This document shows positions 37,426 through 48,128 of a stretch of 64,000 nt of DNA, one piece after another. Source of the DNA: Candidatus Krumholzibacteriia bacterium (GTDB taxonomy: Bacteria > Krumholzibacteriota > Krumholzibacteriia > LZORAL124-64-63); assembly GCA_050174015.1 (NCBI GenBank), contig JBFXKG010000007.1:141343-205342 (forward strand), read 5' to 3'. The stretch's first letter is position 1. Each line of letters opens with the position of its first letter. The notes below the pieces were generated by a model, which was not told the origin of the DNA, ran no database searches, and saw only the letters and a list, made by a program, of their open reading frames with translations. Position numbers and translations under genes: made by a program.

Positions 37426-39279
37426 TTGGGCAGGATATTCGGGGTGGTCGGGCCCGCGGCCGATGGGATTCCCCGTGATTGGTCGCCACCCTGGGCCGGC
37501 ATCGCCGACGGACCGTCCCTTGCGCGCCCTACCGGACCTGGTGCCGTGGGGTCATCCGGCGCCGTTCTTTATGGCCAGGATGGGGGGCAATGCCACCGTT
37601 CGGAGGACGGCCGTCACGTCTGCCTCTGGGACGGCCAGCTGGTCCCTGCCGATCGCCTCGTGCGGCATCTGGCCGGACACGGGTTCACCGCCGAGGGCGG
37701 ATCGATCGGGGAGGTCCTGCTGTCGGCGTATGCGCACCACGGTGCGTTTCCCCTGAAGTTCCTGCGGGGCTCGTTCGCCCTGGCCATCTACGACACCCTG
37801 GAGCAGGTCCTCTTCCTCGCCGCCGATCCCTACGGGCAGAAGCGCCTGTTCGTCGCGGAATCCGGCGGGAGCCTCGTCTTCTCCTCGGACCTCGGGGCGC
37901 TGGCCGGATCCGGCCTGAGCCCGCTGTCGCTTTCTGACGAGGGGCTGACCGAGTACCTGTCCTTCGGCTACATCCATCCTCCGCTGACGATCTACAAGGG
38001 CGTCTCCAGCCTGTGCGTGGGCGAGTTCCTCGCCTGGGAGGAGGGAAAGTCCCATCGTTCCTTCTATCATCAGGTCATCGGGGACCGCTGGGCCTTCGCC
38101 GACGTCGCCGGCAGGACGGAAGAAGATCTGATCGACGAACTCGAGAAGCTGACCTCGGCCGCGATCCTGGACAGGATCCCTGCCGGATGCAGGCGCCTCG
38201 CGGTCTACCTCAGCAGCGGGCTGGACACCGGGTTCCTGGCGGCGAGCCTGCGGCGCCACTGGGACGGCGAACCGGTGGCCTTCACCCTGGGGTCGGAGCA
38301 TCCCCGGCACGACGAGGTGCCGGGCGCCCGGAAGATGGCCGGATTCCTGGGACTCGGCGATCACCGCTGCGTCTACATGACCCAGGATGACTGCTACGAG
38401 GCCCTGGAGCAGTTGCCCCATGTCTTCGGCCAGCCCATGGCCGACCTTTCGGCCATCCCCAACCTGGTCATCACCCGGGAGGTGGGGCGGGAGTTCACCG
38501 AGATCTTCGCCGGCGACGGCCCGGACGGCCTGTACGGCAACTGGGATCTGCGGCCCTGGTATCAGCTCTATCGCTGGGTGCCCTACCTGGTGAGGATGCC
38601 CCTGGCCCTGCTGGCCGACCGCCTGGACAGGACCCTGGGGCTGGGGCTCAGCACCCCGTCCCGACAGATCGCCGATCTGCTGACCCAGCCCGAGTTCTCC
38701 TGGGTCTTCCACAAGAAGCTCAAGAGCCGGGACCTGGAGCGCCTGCTGGGCCGCGTGGTGCCGCCGGAGACCTTCGCCGTGCACCGCTACCTCCGGGACC
38801 GCCGGGACATCCCCCTCTACGAGCGCCTGCGCATGGGCTTCGCCCTCTACTTCGTGATGCACGGGGTGCTGTTGAAATCGGGGACCATCCACAACGCAGT
38901 GGGCGTCGAGCAGATCTGCCCCTACTACGACCGCGCCCTGGTGGACTTCATCTGCGCCCTGCCGACCCGCTACAAGATCCGGGGCAAGGGCTACGGCAAG
39001 TATCTCCACACCAGGCTGCTGGAGCGGTACGTCCCTCCCGAGGTCTGGCGCGGGCGCAAGCGGGGCTTCATCTTCGATTTCCGCTCCTTCGACCTGGCTC
39101 CCCTGCGGAGCCTCACCGCCCGCTACCTGGACCGCGGCCGCCTCCTGGAGGCGGGGCTCTTCGATCCCGACTTCGTCGGGAAGTCCGTGGATGCCTACTT
39201 CAAGGGGGACGACCGGGCCGGGCCGGCGATCCTGACGTTGCTGATCTTCGAGATGTGGAGGGACAGGTACCTGCCCTGA
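37426..39279 (+). CDS. asparagine synthase (glutamine-hydrolysing)-like ATP-dependent amide ligase with degenerate glutaminase domain
   Basis: TTG start after AAGGAGGAG gives MGRIFG (canonical MCGI); GSFALAIYD, DPYGQKRL, YLSSGLDT, QPMAD, AGDGPDGLYG, PYYD, KRGF. Confidence 0.75.
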   Translation: MGRIFGVVGPAADGIPRDWSPPWAGIADGPSLARPTGPGAVGSSGAVLYGQDGGQCHRSEDGRHVCLWDGQLVPADRLVRHLAGHGFTAEGGSIGEVLLSAYAHHGAFPLKFLRGSFALAIYDTLEQVLFLAADPYGQKRLFVAESGGSLVFSSDLGALAGSGLSPLSLSDEGLTEYLSFGYIHPPLTIYKGVSSLCVGEFLAWEEGKSHRSFYHQVIGDRWAFADVAGRTEEDLIDELEKLTSAAILDRIPAGCRRLAVYLSSGLDTGFLAASLRRHWDGEPVAFTLGSEHPRHDEVPGARKMAGFLGLGDHRCVYMTQDDCYEALEQLPHVFGQPMADLSAIPNLVITREVGREFTEIFAGDGPDGLYGNWDLRPWYQLYRWVPYLVRMPLALLADRLDRTLGLGLSTPSRQIADLLTQPEFSWVFHKKLKSRDLERLLGRVVPPETFAVHRYLRDRRDIPLYERLRMGFALYFVMHGVLLKSGTIHNAVGVEQICPYYDRALVDFICALPTRYKIRGKGYGKYLHTRLLERYVPPEVWRGRKRGFIFDFRSFDLAPLRSLTARYLDRGRLLEAGLFDPDFVGKSVDAYFKGDDRAGPAILTLLIFEMWRDRYLP

Positions 39280-39432
39280 CCGGAAATCCGTGAGATTTTC
39301 GGTCAAGGATATTGTACTTTTTCTTGTCTTGTGGCATACTTCCAGGAACGCGGAGGTCGGATGGTTCGCCCCTAGGTTTCCTAGCGTCTTGATCCCATTT
39401 CGAATCATATTCCAAAAGTAGCGGGTGCCGTC

Positions 39433-39969
39433 ATGAGGATTACCGGGGGAATCGCTTTCCTGCTCGTCCTTCTTTCCTGCTTGGGAGCCTACGGAGCGGT
39501 CGCCGCGCCGCTCGTGTTCGTCCTTCCGTCCAGCACCGTCCCCAGCCAGGCCGACTTCACGGTGGCGCTGATGCTGGACACCGGAGGGGACGACGTTCTC
39601 GGCCTCCACGTTTCCATCCAGTTCGACAACGCGATTGTCCAGTTGAATCGGATCGACCCCGGCGCCTGGTTCACCTTTTCCGGGGTGGGCAGCTACTTCT
39701 ATGACTACACCCACCCAGGGACCGATGAGATCCACTTCGCCGGCAGCCGGCTGGGTTCGGCCACCACGACCGGCGGACAGGTCGCCGTCATGCACTTCAC
39801 CGCCCTGATGGGAGGGACCTCCCCCCTGGACTTCGAGATCTGTGAGGTGAGGAATTTCCTGAACGAGTCCCTGGGAGCCGATCACAGCACCGATGATCAG
39901 ATCGTCATCGACGAGGCCATACCCTCCGATCCTACCACCTTCGGAGAGGTGAAGGCGCTCTTCCGTTAG
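39433..39969 (+). CDS. secreted cohesin-like domain protein with C-terminal TFGEVKALFR tail
   Basis: Signal peptide; FTVALML, VSIQFDNAIVQL..IDPG, GQVAVMHF..GTSPLDF; ends DPTTFGEVKALFR. Confidence 0.75.
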   Translation: MRITGGIAFLLVLLSCLGAYGAVAAPLVFVLPSSTVPSQADFTVALMLDTGGDDVLGLHVSIQFDNAIVQLNRIDPGAWFTFSGVGSYFYDYTHPGTDEIHFAGSRLGSATTTGGQVAVMHFTALMGGTSPLDFEICEVRNFLNESLGADHSTDDQIVIDEAIPSDPTTFGEVKALFR

Positions 39970-39978
39970 GAAGGAAGA

Positions 39979-40779
39979 TCAGCGCACCAGGACGCCCTTG
40001 ACCACCGCGGTCTGGCCGTCAGGGCCGCGGGCGCTGAAGAAGTAGAGGCCTGCCGGTTCTTCGGTCCCCCGGTCGTTGCGCCCGTCCCAGTCGATCCTGC
40101 TGCTTCCCGCAGGCAATTCCCCCCGGTTCAGGACTGCGACCAGTCGGCCCTGCACGTCGTGGACGGTGACCTCGACCGGCCCCGCCCGGACAAGGTCGAT
40201 CCTGACGCCTACCCGGGGGTTGAAGGGGTTGGGGTGGAGGGCGAGGGCCATCCCGGAGCCGGCCGCAGGAACGTTGGCGGCCGGGGAGCCCACCGAGATG
40301 ACGGCCGAGCTGAGGTGGACGCCGGGGATGCGCGTGGCGTCGGGTTCGAACAGGACCGCTTCCACCGCGGTGACGGGCGTGACTCCGGTCCGGTCCAGGG
40401 TCCGGAACTCCCAGACCAGGAGCTCGCCGGGGCCGCTCGTCCAGCAATCGCCCCCCATGATGACCACGAATCCGTGCCAGAGCCCGGGGACGTCCTCCTC
40501 GTAGGCCTCCCACAGGAAGCAGGGCACAGGATCGAAGATGGCGCCGGGCCGGACCGTCACGCCCTGCACGATGGTGGGATCGTATTCGACGGTGACCTCG
40601 ATGGTTCGCAGGTCCAGGGTGTCGGTCATCATGATGGCGAGTTCGGAAGAGGTGTCGAAGGGAACCTGGAGCCAGTTCCGGTCCCAGGCCAGGTCGACGG
40701 TACCGGCCAGCGCCGGAGAGTTCAGGCCGCACGCCGGCAGGACCAAGGCCAGGATGGCTGCGGGAAAGGGTTTGCGCAT
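39979..40779 (-). CDS. secreted cohesin-like + FlgD-Ig protein, paralog of 35527-36351
   Basis: DTLDLRTIEVTVEYDPTIV, WHGFVVIMG, GPGELLVW, HPNPFNP..KGVLVR. Confidence 0.75.
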   Translation of the reverse strand: MRKPFPAAILALVLPACGLNSPALAGTVDLAWDRNWLQVPFDTSSELAIMMTDTLDLRTIEVTVEYDPTIVQGVTVRPGAIFDPVPCFLWEAYEEDVPGLWHGFVVIMGGDCWTSGPGELLVWEFRTLDRTGVTPVTAVEAVLFEPDATRIPGVHLSSAVISVGSPAANVPAAGSGMALALHPNPFNPRVGVRIDLVRAGPVEVTVHDVQGRLVAVLNRGELPAGSSRIDWDGRNDRGTEEPAGLYFFSARGPDGQTAVVKGVLVR

Positions 40780-40796
40780 GGCGGTTCCTGCCTCGG

Positions 40797-40825
40797 GGGA
40801 CCCCGGCGCAGGGCGCCGGGGTCCC
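40797..40825 (-). other. 13-bp intergenic hairpin, no U-tract
   Basis: GGGACCCCGGCGC-agg-GCGCCGGGGTCCC between the large gene and its cohesin partner. Confidence 0.55.
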
Positions 40826-40839
40826 GGGTCGAAGGGTGT

Positions 40840-43728
40840 CTACTTGACGAGCAGCATCTTCCGCACGACCTGGTCGGGGCCGGCGGAAAGCCGGAAGAAG
40901 TAGGTTCCGGACGCTGCGGTGGCTCCGCCGTCATCCGTTCCATCCCAGACGACCTTGTGCCGGCCGGCGGCCATGGTGCTGCTGTTGAGCGTCCGCACCA
41001 GGCTGCCGTCCACCCCGTAGATCGCCAGGGTGACGAACCTGCTCTCGGGCAGCGAGAACGCGATGGTGGTCGAGGGATTGAACGGGTTGGGGAAGTTCTG
41101 CTCGGCCACGAACCGCGCCGGCAGGCTGCTGCCGACCGCCGGGTCGAGGTCCTCGTTGCCGATCCCGCGGGCCTTGATGCCCGCCTGGCCCAGATCCACG
41201 GCCTCGGGCACGTGCACGCGGAGCACCTCGCCGGAGCCGAGGAGGCCCGCGCCGTTGCCGATGACCGCCAGGTTGGCGTCCAGACCGTTGGCGTCGATGT
41301 TGCGCAGGAAGACCGGCATGCCCTGGCCGTCCAGGAGCGCCCCGGCTTCGACGGTGCAGTGCACCCCGTCGGGCAGGGGAGCGGTCACCCGCAGGCCCTT
41401 GAGGCTCGCGCAGGGCTCGGTCAGGGTCAGGGACCACAGACCGGGCTCCACCTGGCGCCAGCTGAGGGCGGGCGTCCCGCTGGCGGGGATCGCCAGCTTG
41501 CTGACGTTGCCGTAGTTCATGGCGAAGATCATCAGGTCCTCGAAGTCGATGACGCTGTCGGTCTCGGGGATGCCCACGCCCGAGTTGTCGTCGGTCGGGC
41601 CCACGTCGGCCTCGTTGTTGTAGCCGGTGATGCCGTCGGACCAGCCGAAGGTGGCGCCCAGGACCGTGATGTCCCCGGCGTCGACGTCGCCGTCATACAG
41701 ATCGACGTCGCCCAGCCAGTAGTTGGTGGCCCGGTCGTTGGCGGCCGCGACCCCGCCGATGTTGCCCGGCACGTCCACGGGGAAGACCTCGTAGTAGTAC
41801 ACGCCGCGGCCGGTGGTCATCCCGCCGTCCTCGAAGGAAAGAGTCCCGACCAGGACCGAGCCGGCGAATTCCCACTCGGGGCTGTTGAAGGCGTCGGTGC
41901 GGGTGGTCGGCCGGGTCGGGATCACGTCGGCGGCCAGGTCATCGTACTCGGGATACGCGCTGGTCCCGGGGGTGGCGTCGTACCACAACCCGCGCCAGAT
42001 CTCGTAGTAGGCCACGTCGGTCCCATCGTGGGTCCAGCTCACGTCGACCTTCTCGTGGCCGGGCGCCGCGGTGATGCCGGTGACCGGAGCGGGGGCCGTG
42101 CAGTCCACCGTGAAGCCCAGGCCGGAGAAGAAGGCCATGATGGGCGTGTTGTCGGGTTCGCGCAGCTTGTAGCTGAGGATGTCGAACTGGACGGGGCCGT
42201 CGCCGGCGGTGGTCAGGTCCACCGAGAAAAGATCGCCGGCGGTGGTCAGACCGGTGGTCGTGCCCAGCAGGGCATCGTTCACCGTGAAGGTGCCGTCGCC
42301 GTTGTCCACCACGTCGAAGTAGTGAAGGCCCAGCCCGGCCAGGGCGCCGGCGTCATGGATGTCGCCCTCGACGAAGGTCACAGGACCGGTGACCCCGAAG
42401 GTGATCTCGTAACCGCGCAGGGGGGCGGTGGCGAGGCCAGGCACGTACGCGACCGTCACGGTCTTGGTCTGCCCGCACAGGACCGGGTCGGGACCGGTGA
42501 CGCTGGAGGACAGGGTGGCGTAGGTCGTGTCGGTGGCCAGGGCCAGGGCGGTCGTGCATTCGCCGCCGATTTCGGGGTAGTGGTTGCCGCTGTCGTAGAC
42601 CCAGCCGCCGCTGGCATCCTGGGTCGCCGCGAGCCAGGATGCGGCCGAGGAGATCGGACCGGCGAGGGCCGGGGTCGCACCCAGGTGATGCACCATGCCC
42701 ATCACCGCGTAGGCCGTGGCTTGCCAGTCCGCATCCCCGCCCTGGGCCCCGTACTGGTCGCTGATGGAACCGTCGGGGTACTGGCAGGCGAGGAGCACCG
42801 TCTGGAGGGCGGGCAGTTCGGCCGTATGGGTTCCGGTGGTGGCGAAGGCCTGGATCAAGCCGGTGATCCCGATGGAGTACCAATAGTAATCGGGGGTGCT
42901 CCACGCCGGATCATAGCCCTGGCTGTGACCGAAAGGTTCGAAGTAACCCGGATTCGCCATGTAGCTGTCCTGGTAGAGGACTTCCGCGATGGCGGCCCCT
43001 TCGAGGTCGTGGCCGCCGGCAGGGAAGGCGGCATGCATGAGCATGGCGGCCTCGGCCCAGGCGCCGATGTCCCAGGCGATGATCCCGTTGGGATAGCCCT
43101 GGCCGGCGCGGGCGTCCCGGATGTAGGCGGCCAGACCGGCCATCGATCCGTAGACGGTCAGATGGCGGTTCCAGATCGCCTGGGCCCCGCCCTGGTAGAA
43201 GGAGGGATTCGTGCATTCGGGCAGGGTGGCGAACTTCAGCAGGAAGATCACGTCGCTGGCGGACCGGATGCCGCCCGGGTCGGGCCCGATGGCGACCATC
43301 TTGTCCGCCGCATCCTGCATGGCGATCAGGTGCGACGGCTGGGGATCGAGCAGATAGGTCTCGAAGAGCCCCAGGGCGGTCACGCCGTAAAGGTTGGTGG
43401 GGCTGGCGGACGTGCTGTGGGAAAAGGCCGTCGTGCGCCAATCCCAGCCGCCGTCGTCGGGGTCGGTGTCGATCAGGCCGTTGCCGGCATTGTCGATCGT
43501 CTCGGAGACGTCGGCCTGCATCATGACCAGGTAGTCCGATCCGGCAAGGGCCCCGGCCATGAAGTCCCCGGGATCGCCGAAGGCCTTGCCCGTCGGAAGA
43601 TCACGCTTGGCCAGGGGATCGGCGGGCTGGGACTCGAAGGGCGACACCGCGGGAGCGGCGCCCCAGACGGTGGCGGACAGGGCCAGGCACAGGGCCGCGG
43701 CCAGAATGAGAATTCGCTTCATCTGCAT
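40840..43728 (-). CDS. secreted protein: alpha/alpha-barrel (prenyltransferase/squalene-cyclase-like repeats) plus the cohesin/FN3/dockerin/FlgD module shared with 30941-35467
   Basis: Signal peptide; DDGGWDW, QYPDGS, QDASGGW; VDCTAPA.VTGITAAPGHEKVDVSWTHDGTDVA; NFPNPFNP..KMLLVK. Confidence 0.75.
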   Translation of the reverse strand: MQMKRILILAAALCLALSATVWGAAPAVSPFESQPADPLAKRDLPTGKAFGDPGDFMAGALAGSDYLVMMQADVSETIDNAGNGLIDTDPDDGGWDWRTTAFSHSTSASPTNLYGVTALGLFETYLLDPQPSHLIAMQDAADKMVAIGPDPGGIRSASDVIFLLKFATLPECTNPSFYQGGAQAIWNRHLTVYGSMAGLAAYIRDARAGQGYPNGIIAWDIGAWAEAAMLMHAAFPAGGHDLEGAAIAEVLYQDSYMANPGYFEPFGHSQGYDPAWSTPDYYWYSIGITGLIQAFATTGTHTAELPALQTVLLACQYPDGSISDQYGAQGGDADWQATAYAVMGMVHHLGATPALAGPISSAASWLAATQDASGGWVYDSGNHYPEIGGECTTALALATDTTYATLSSSVTGPDPVLCGQTKTVTVAYVPGLATAPLRGYEITFGVTGPVTFVEGDIHDAGALAGLGLHYFDVVDNGDGTFTVNDALLGTTTGLTTAGDLFSVDLTTAGDGPVQFDILSYKLREPDNTPIMAFFSGLGFTVDCTAPAPVTGITAAPGHEKVDVSWTHDGTDVAYYEIWRGLWYDATPGTSAYPEYDDLAADVIPTRPTTRTDAFNSPEWEFAGSVLVGTLSFEDGGMTTGRGVYYYEVFPVDVPGNIGGVAAANDRATNYWLGDVDLYDGDVDAGDITVLGATFGWSDGITGYNNEADVGPTDDNSGVGIPETDSVIDFEDLMIFAMNYGNVSKLAIPASGTPALSWRQVEPGLWSLTLTEPCASLKGLRVTAPLPDGVHCTVEAGALLDGQGMPVFLRNIDANGLDANLAVIGNGAGLLGSGEVLRVHVPEAVDLGQAGIKARGIGNEDLDPAVGSSLPARFVAEQNFPNPFNPSTTIAFSLPESRFVTLAIYGVDGSLVRTLNSSTMAAGRHKVVWDGTDDGGATAASGTYFFRLSAGPDQVVRKMLLVK
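42026..42060 (-). repeat. 35-nt exact inverted repeat copy (partner at 34220-34254)
   Basis: Reverse complement of 34220-34254. Confidence 0.9.
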
Positions 43729-44038
43729 GATGGGTTCCCCCCGTTGCAAGGAAAATGGAATCGATACGTGGTGGAATGGGCGATGGCAGAAGTGGGATCA
43801 CCTCCTCATCCCGCACGGATGCAGGCTCCAGGGTGCTTCTCTGGCGGAAAATCAGGTGGGCGAGTAGTGGGCGATATATCGTGATCCGGCTTGATCTCCA
43901 AGCCTCCATGATTGTATTCCAATGCGACAGGGATTTCAACAAGTGATTGCGATATCTACGCTGGCAGGGAATCCGGCCGTCCTTTAGGATCCGCACGACC
44001 GGAGGAGGCATTCCTTACCCGAATTCAGGACGATCGCC

Positions 44039-45208
44039 ATGCTCGGATGCTTTCTGCTCAGTGGGGTGGCCCGCAGATGCCGCCTTGCCCTGTGTTCCGG
44101 AGTGGTCGTCCTAAGCGTCTGGAACCCCGTCCACGCCGAGGAATTCTCCGCCCTCGGCGGCGGCACGGTCGTGGGCCGCAGCACCGGATACGCCCTGGGC
44201 GTTCCCGGCGGACATCTGCCCGGGGTGGGCGAGGCCGACCTGGCGGTGGAGACGGCCTTCTTCTTCAAGAACCTGGAGCTGTTCCAGGTGCCCGGGGCCC
44301 TCGGAGAGACCTTCATGGCCTACGCGGCGCCGGTCCGGCTGCGGTACCGGGCGGCATCCGATCTGACGCTCGAGGTCGGGGCCGTCCTGGGTCACGACCT
44401 CGGCGACGACGATGGCCTGAATCTGCGGCGCCCCCTGTTGCGCCTCGTGCACGACCCCGCTCCGCGGGTCCACTTCATCGCGGGCACCCTGCTGCAGACC
44501 CACTGGATCCACGACGCCATCCTGGACGACGTTCAGAAGTTCCGGACCGGCGTGGAGCAGGGATTCCAGCTTCGCGCCGACCGGGAGCACTACCTGAGCG
44601 ACACCTGGGTGGACTGGAGGGTCCGGGAAGGAGAGGTCCGCTCGGAGGAGTTCGAAGTCGCCTCGGCCCACCGGTTCGCCCTGGTAGGGGGGCGCCTGCA
44701 CCTGGACGGGCAATTCATGTGGACCCACACGGGGGGCCAGGTCAGCATCAGCGGCCGCATCGAGCAGAACCTCATCTACCTGGCAGGCTTGTCCTGGGGT
44801 CAGGGGCGGGAGGCCGCCGGGCCTCTGGACGGCTGGCGCCTGGGCTACAGCTGGATCTTCGACCGCGACGAGACGAACACCAGGCCCCTGGACGAGGGTA
44901 CGGGCCACGACCTGTGGGCGCGGGGGGACGTCTCCCTGAAGCGGGGCATGGCCCTGCGGCTGTTCGGGTCGCGGTGGTGGGGGAACGATCTGGTCTCGGG
45001 GCTGGGGGATCCGCTCTACGCCCTGGACGACTACTCCCAGGCCGGGGTCAACCTGCTGATCACCCCCCCGGGCCGGGGACTGGCCATCGAGGCGGGGTTC
45101 GTCCACCAGTGGACCGGAGACGTCCGCAACCTGACCTACCAGCTGGCAGTCACCTGGGGCCGGGCGTTCCGGCTGGGCCGGCTCGACCCACTGCAGCCAG
45201 CACCCTGA
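44039..45208 (+). CDS. hypothetical protein, probable outer-membrane beta-barrel
   Basis: Signal-like N-terminus, aromatic-rich alternating strands, NLTYQLAVTW near the C-terminus; start uncertain; 3' end overlaps folP by 59 nt. Confidence 0.55.
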   Translation: MLGCFLLSGVARRCRLALCSGVVVLSVWNPVHAEEFSALGGGTVVGRSTGYALGVPGGHLPGVGEADLAVETAFFFKNLELFQVPGALGETFMAYAAPVRLRYRAASDLTLEVGAVLGHDLGDDDGLNLRRPLLRLVHDPAPRVHFIAGTLLQTHWIHDAILDDVQKFRTGVEQGFQLRADREHYLSDTWVDWRVREGEVRSEEFEVASAHRFALVGGRLHLDGQFMWTHTGGQVSISGRIEQNLIYLAGLSWGQGREAAGPLDGWRLGYSWIFDRDETNTRPLDEGTGHDLWARGDVSLKRGMALRLFGSRWWGNDLVSGLGDPLYALDDYSQAGVNLLITPPGRGLAIEAGFVHQWTGDVRNLTYQLAVTWGRAFRLGRLDPLQPAP

Positions 45209-46058
45209 GGAACTGCATCGATTCGGCCACGTCGTGGACGCGGACCGCCGCGACGCCGGCCAGGTAGCCGGCGGCCAGGGCGGCCAGGCTGCCGGGCAGG
45301 CGGTCGCTCGTGTCCGCCCCCGTCACGTCCCCGATGAACCGCTTGCGGCTGGCGCCCAGCAGCAGCCCCACGTCTCCGCCCAGATCCTTGAGCCGCGCCA
45401 GCAGGGCCAGGTTGTGGTCCAGGGTCTTCCCGAACCCGATGCCGGGATCGACCAGCAGCCGACCACGGGGGATGCCCGCCGCCTCCGCGGCCGCCACCCG
45501 TTCGGCGAGGTGCGCCGCCACTTCGGCGACGACGTCACCGTAGCGCGGGGCGTCCTGCATGGTCCGGGGGGTTCCCTGCCTGTGCATCAGGATCACTCCG
45601 CAGCCGGCCTCGGCCACCAGCGGCAGCAGGTCCGGATCGGCCAGGCCGGCGCTGATGTCGTTGACCGCGTCGGCGCCGGCGGCCAGGGCCGCCCGGGCCG
45701 TGCCCGCCCGGGTCGTGTCGACGGTGAGGGGGACGTCGGGCAGGGCGGCGCGGACGGCCGCCACCACCGGCAGCAGCCGGTCGAGTTCCTCGTCCTGACC
45801 GATGGCTCGCGCGCCGGGCCGGGTGGATTCGGCCCCGAGGTCGAGCAGATCGGCCCCGGCGGCCGTCATGGCCCGGGCCGCGGCCACCGCGGCTGCGGGA
45901 TCGGCCCGGCGGGAACCGGCATGGAAGCTGTCGGGGGTGGCGTTGATGACTCCCATGACCAGGGGATGGTCCCGGGGTTCGAGGCTCAGGCGCCCCAGGT
46001 TCCAGCCCGGAGCGCGAAAGGGGGGCACGCAGCCCCCCTTGAACACGCGGTCGGCCAT
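45150..46058 (-). CDS. folP: dihydropteroate synthase
   Basis: VMGVINATPDSF, DLGAESTRPG, VNDISAG, LMH, DPGIGFGK, GASRKRF, RVHDV. Confidence 0.95.
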   Translation of the reverse strand: MADRVFKGGCVPPFRAPGWNLGRLSLEPRDHPLVMGVINATPDSFHAGSRRADPAAAVAAARAMTAAGADLLDLGAESTRPGARAIGQDEELDRLLPVVAAVRAALPDVPLTVDTTRAGTARAALAAGADAVNDISAGLADPDLLPLVAEAGCGVILMHRQGTPRTMQDAPRYGDVVAEVAAHLAERVAAAEAAGIPRGRLLVDPGIGFGKTLDHNLALLARLKDLGGDVGLLLGASRKRFIGDVTGADTSDRLPGSLAALAAGYLAGVAAVRVHDVAESMQFLRVLAAVGRAGPAGTPGPR

Positions 46059-46062
46059 GGGG

Positions 46063-48123
<2,061 letters not shown>

Positions 48124-48128
48124 GCGGT

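Noticed and set aside
37143..39433. Lasso peptide cluster around the Asn-synthase-like gene
   Set aside because: No precursor, B1/PqqD-like or B2 protease ORF visible nearby
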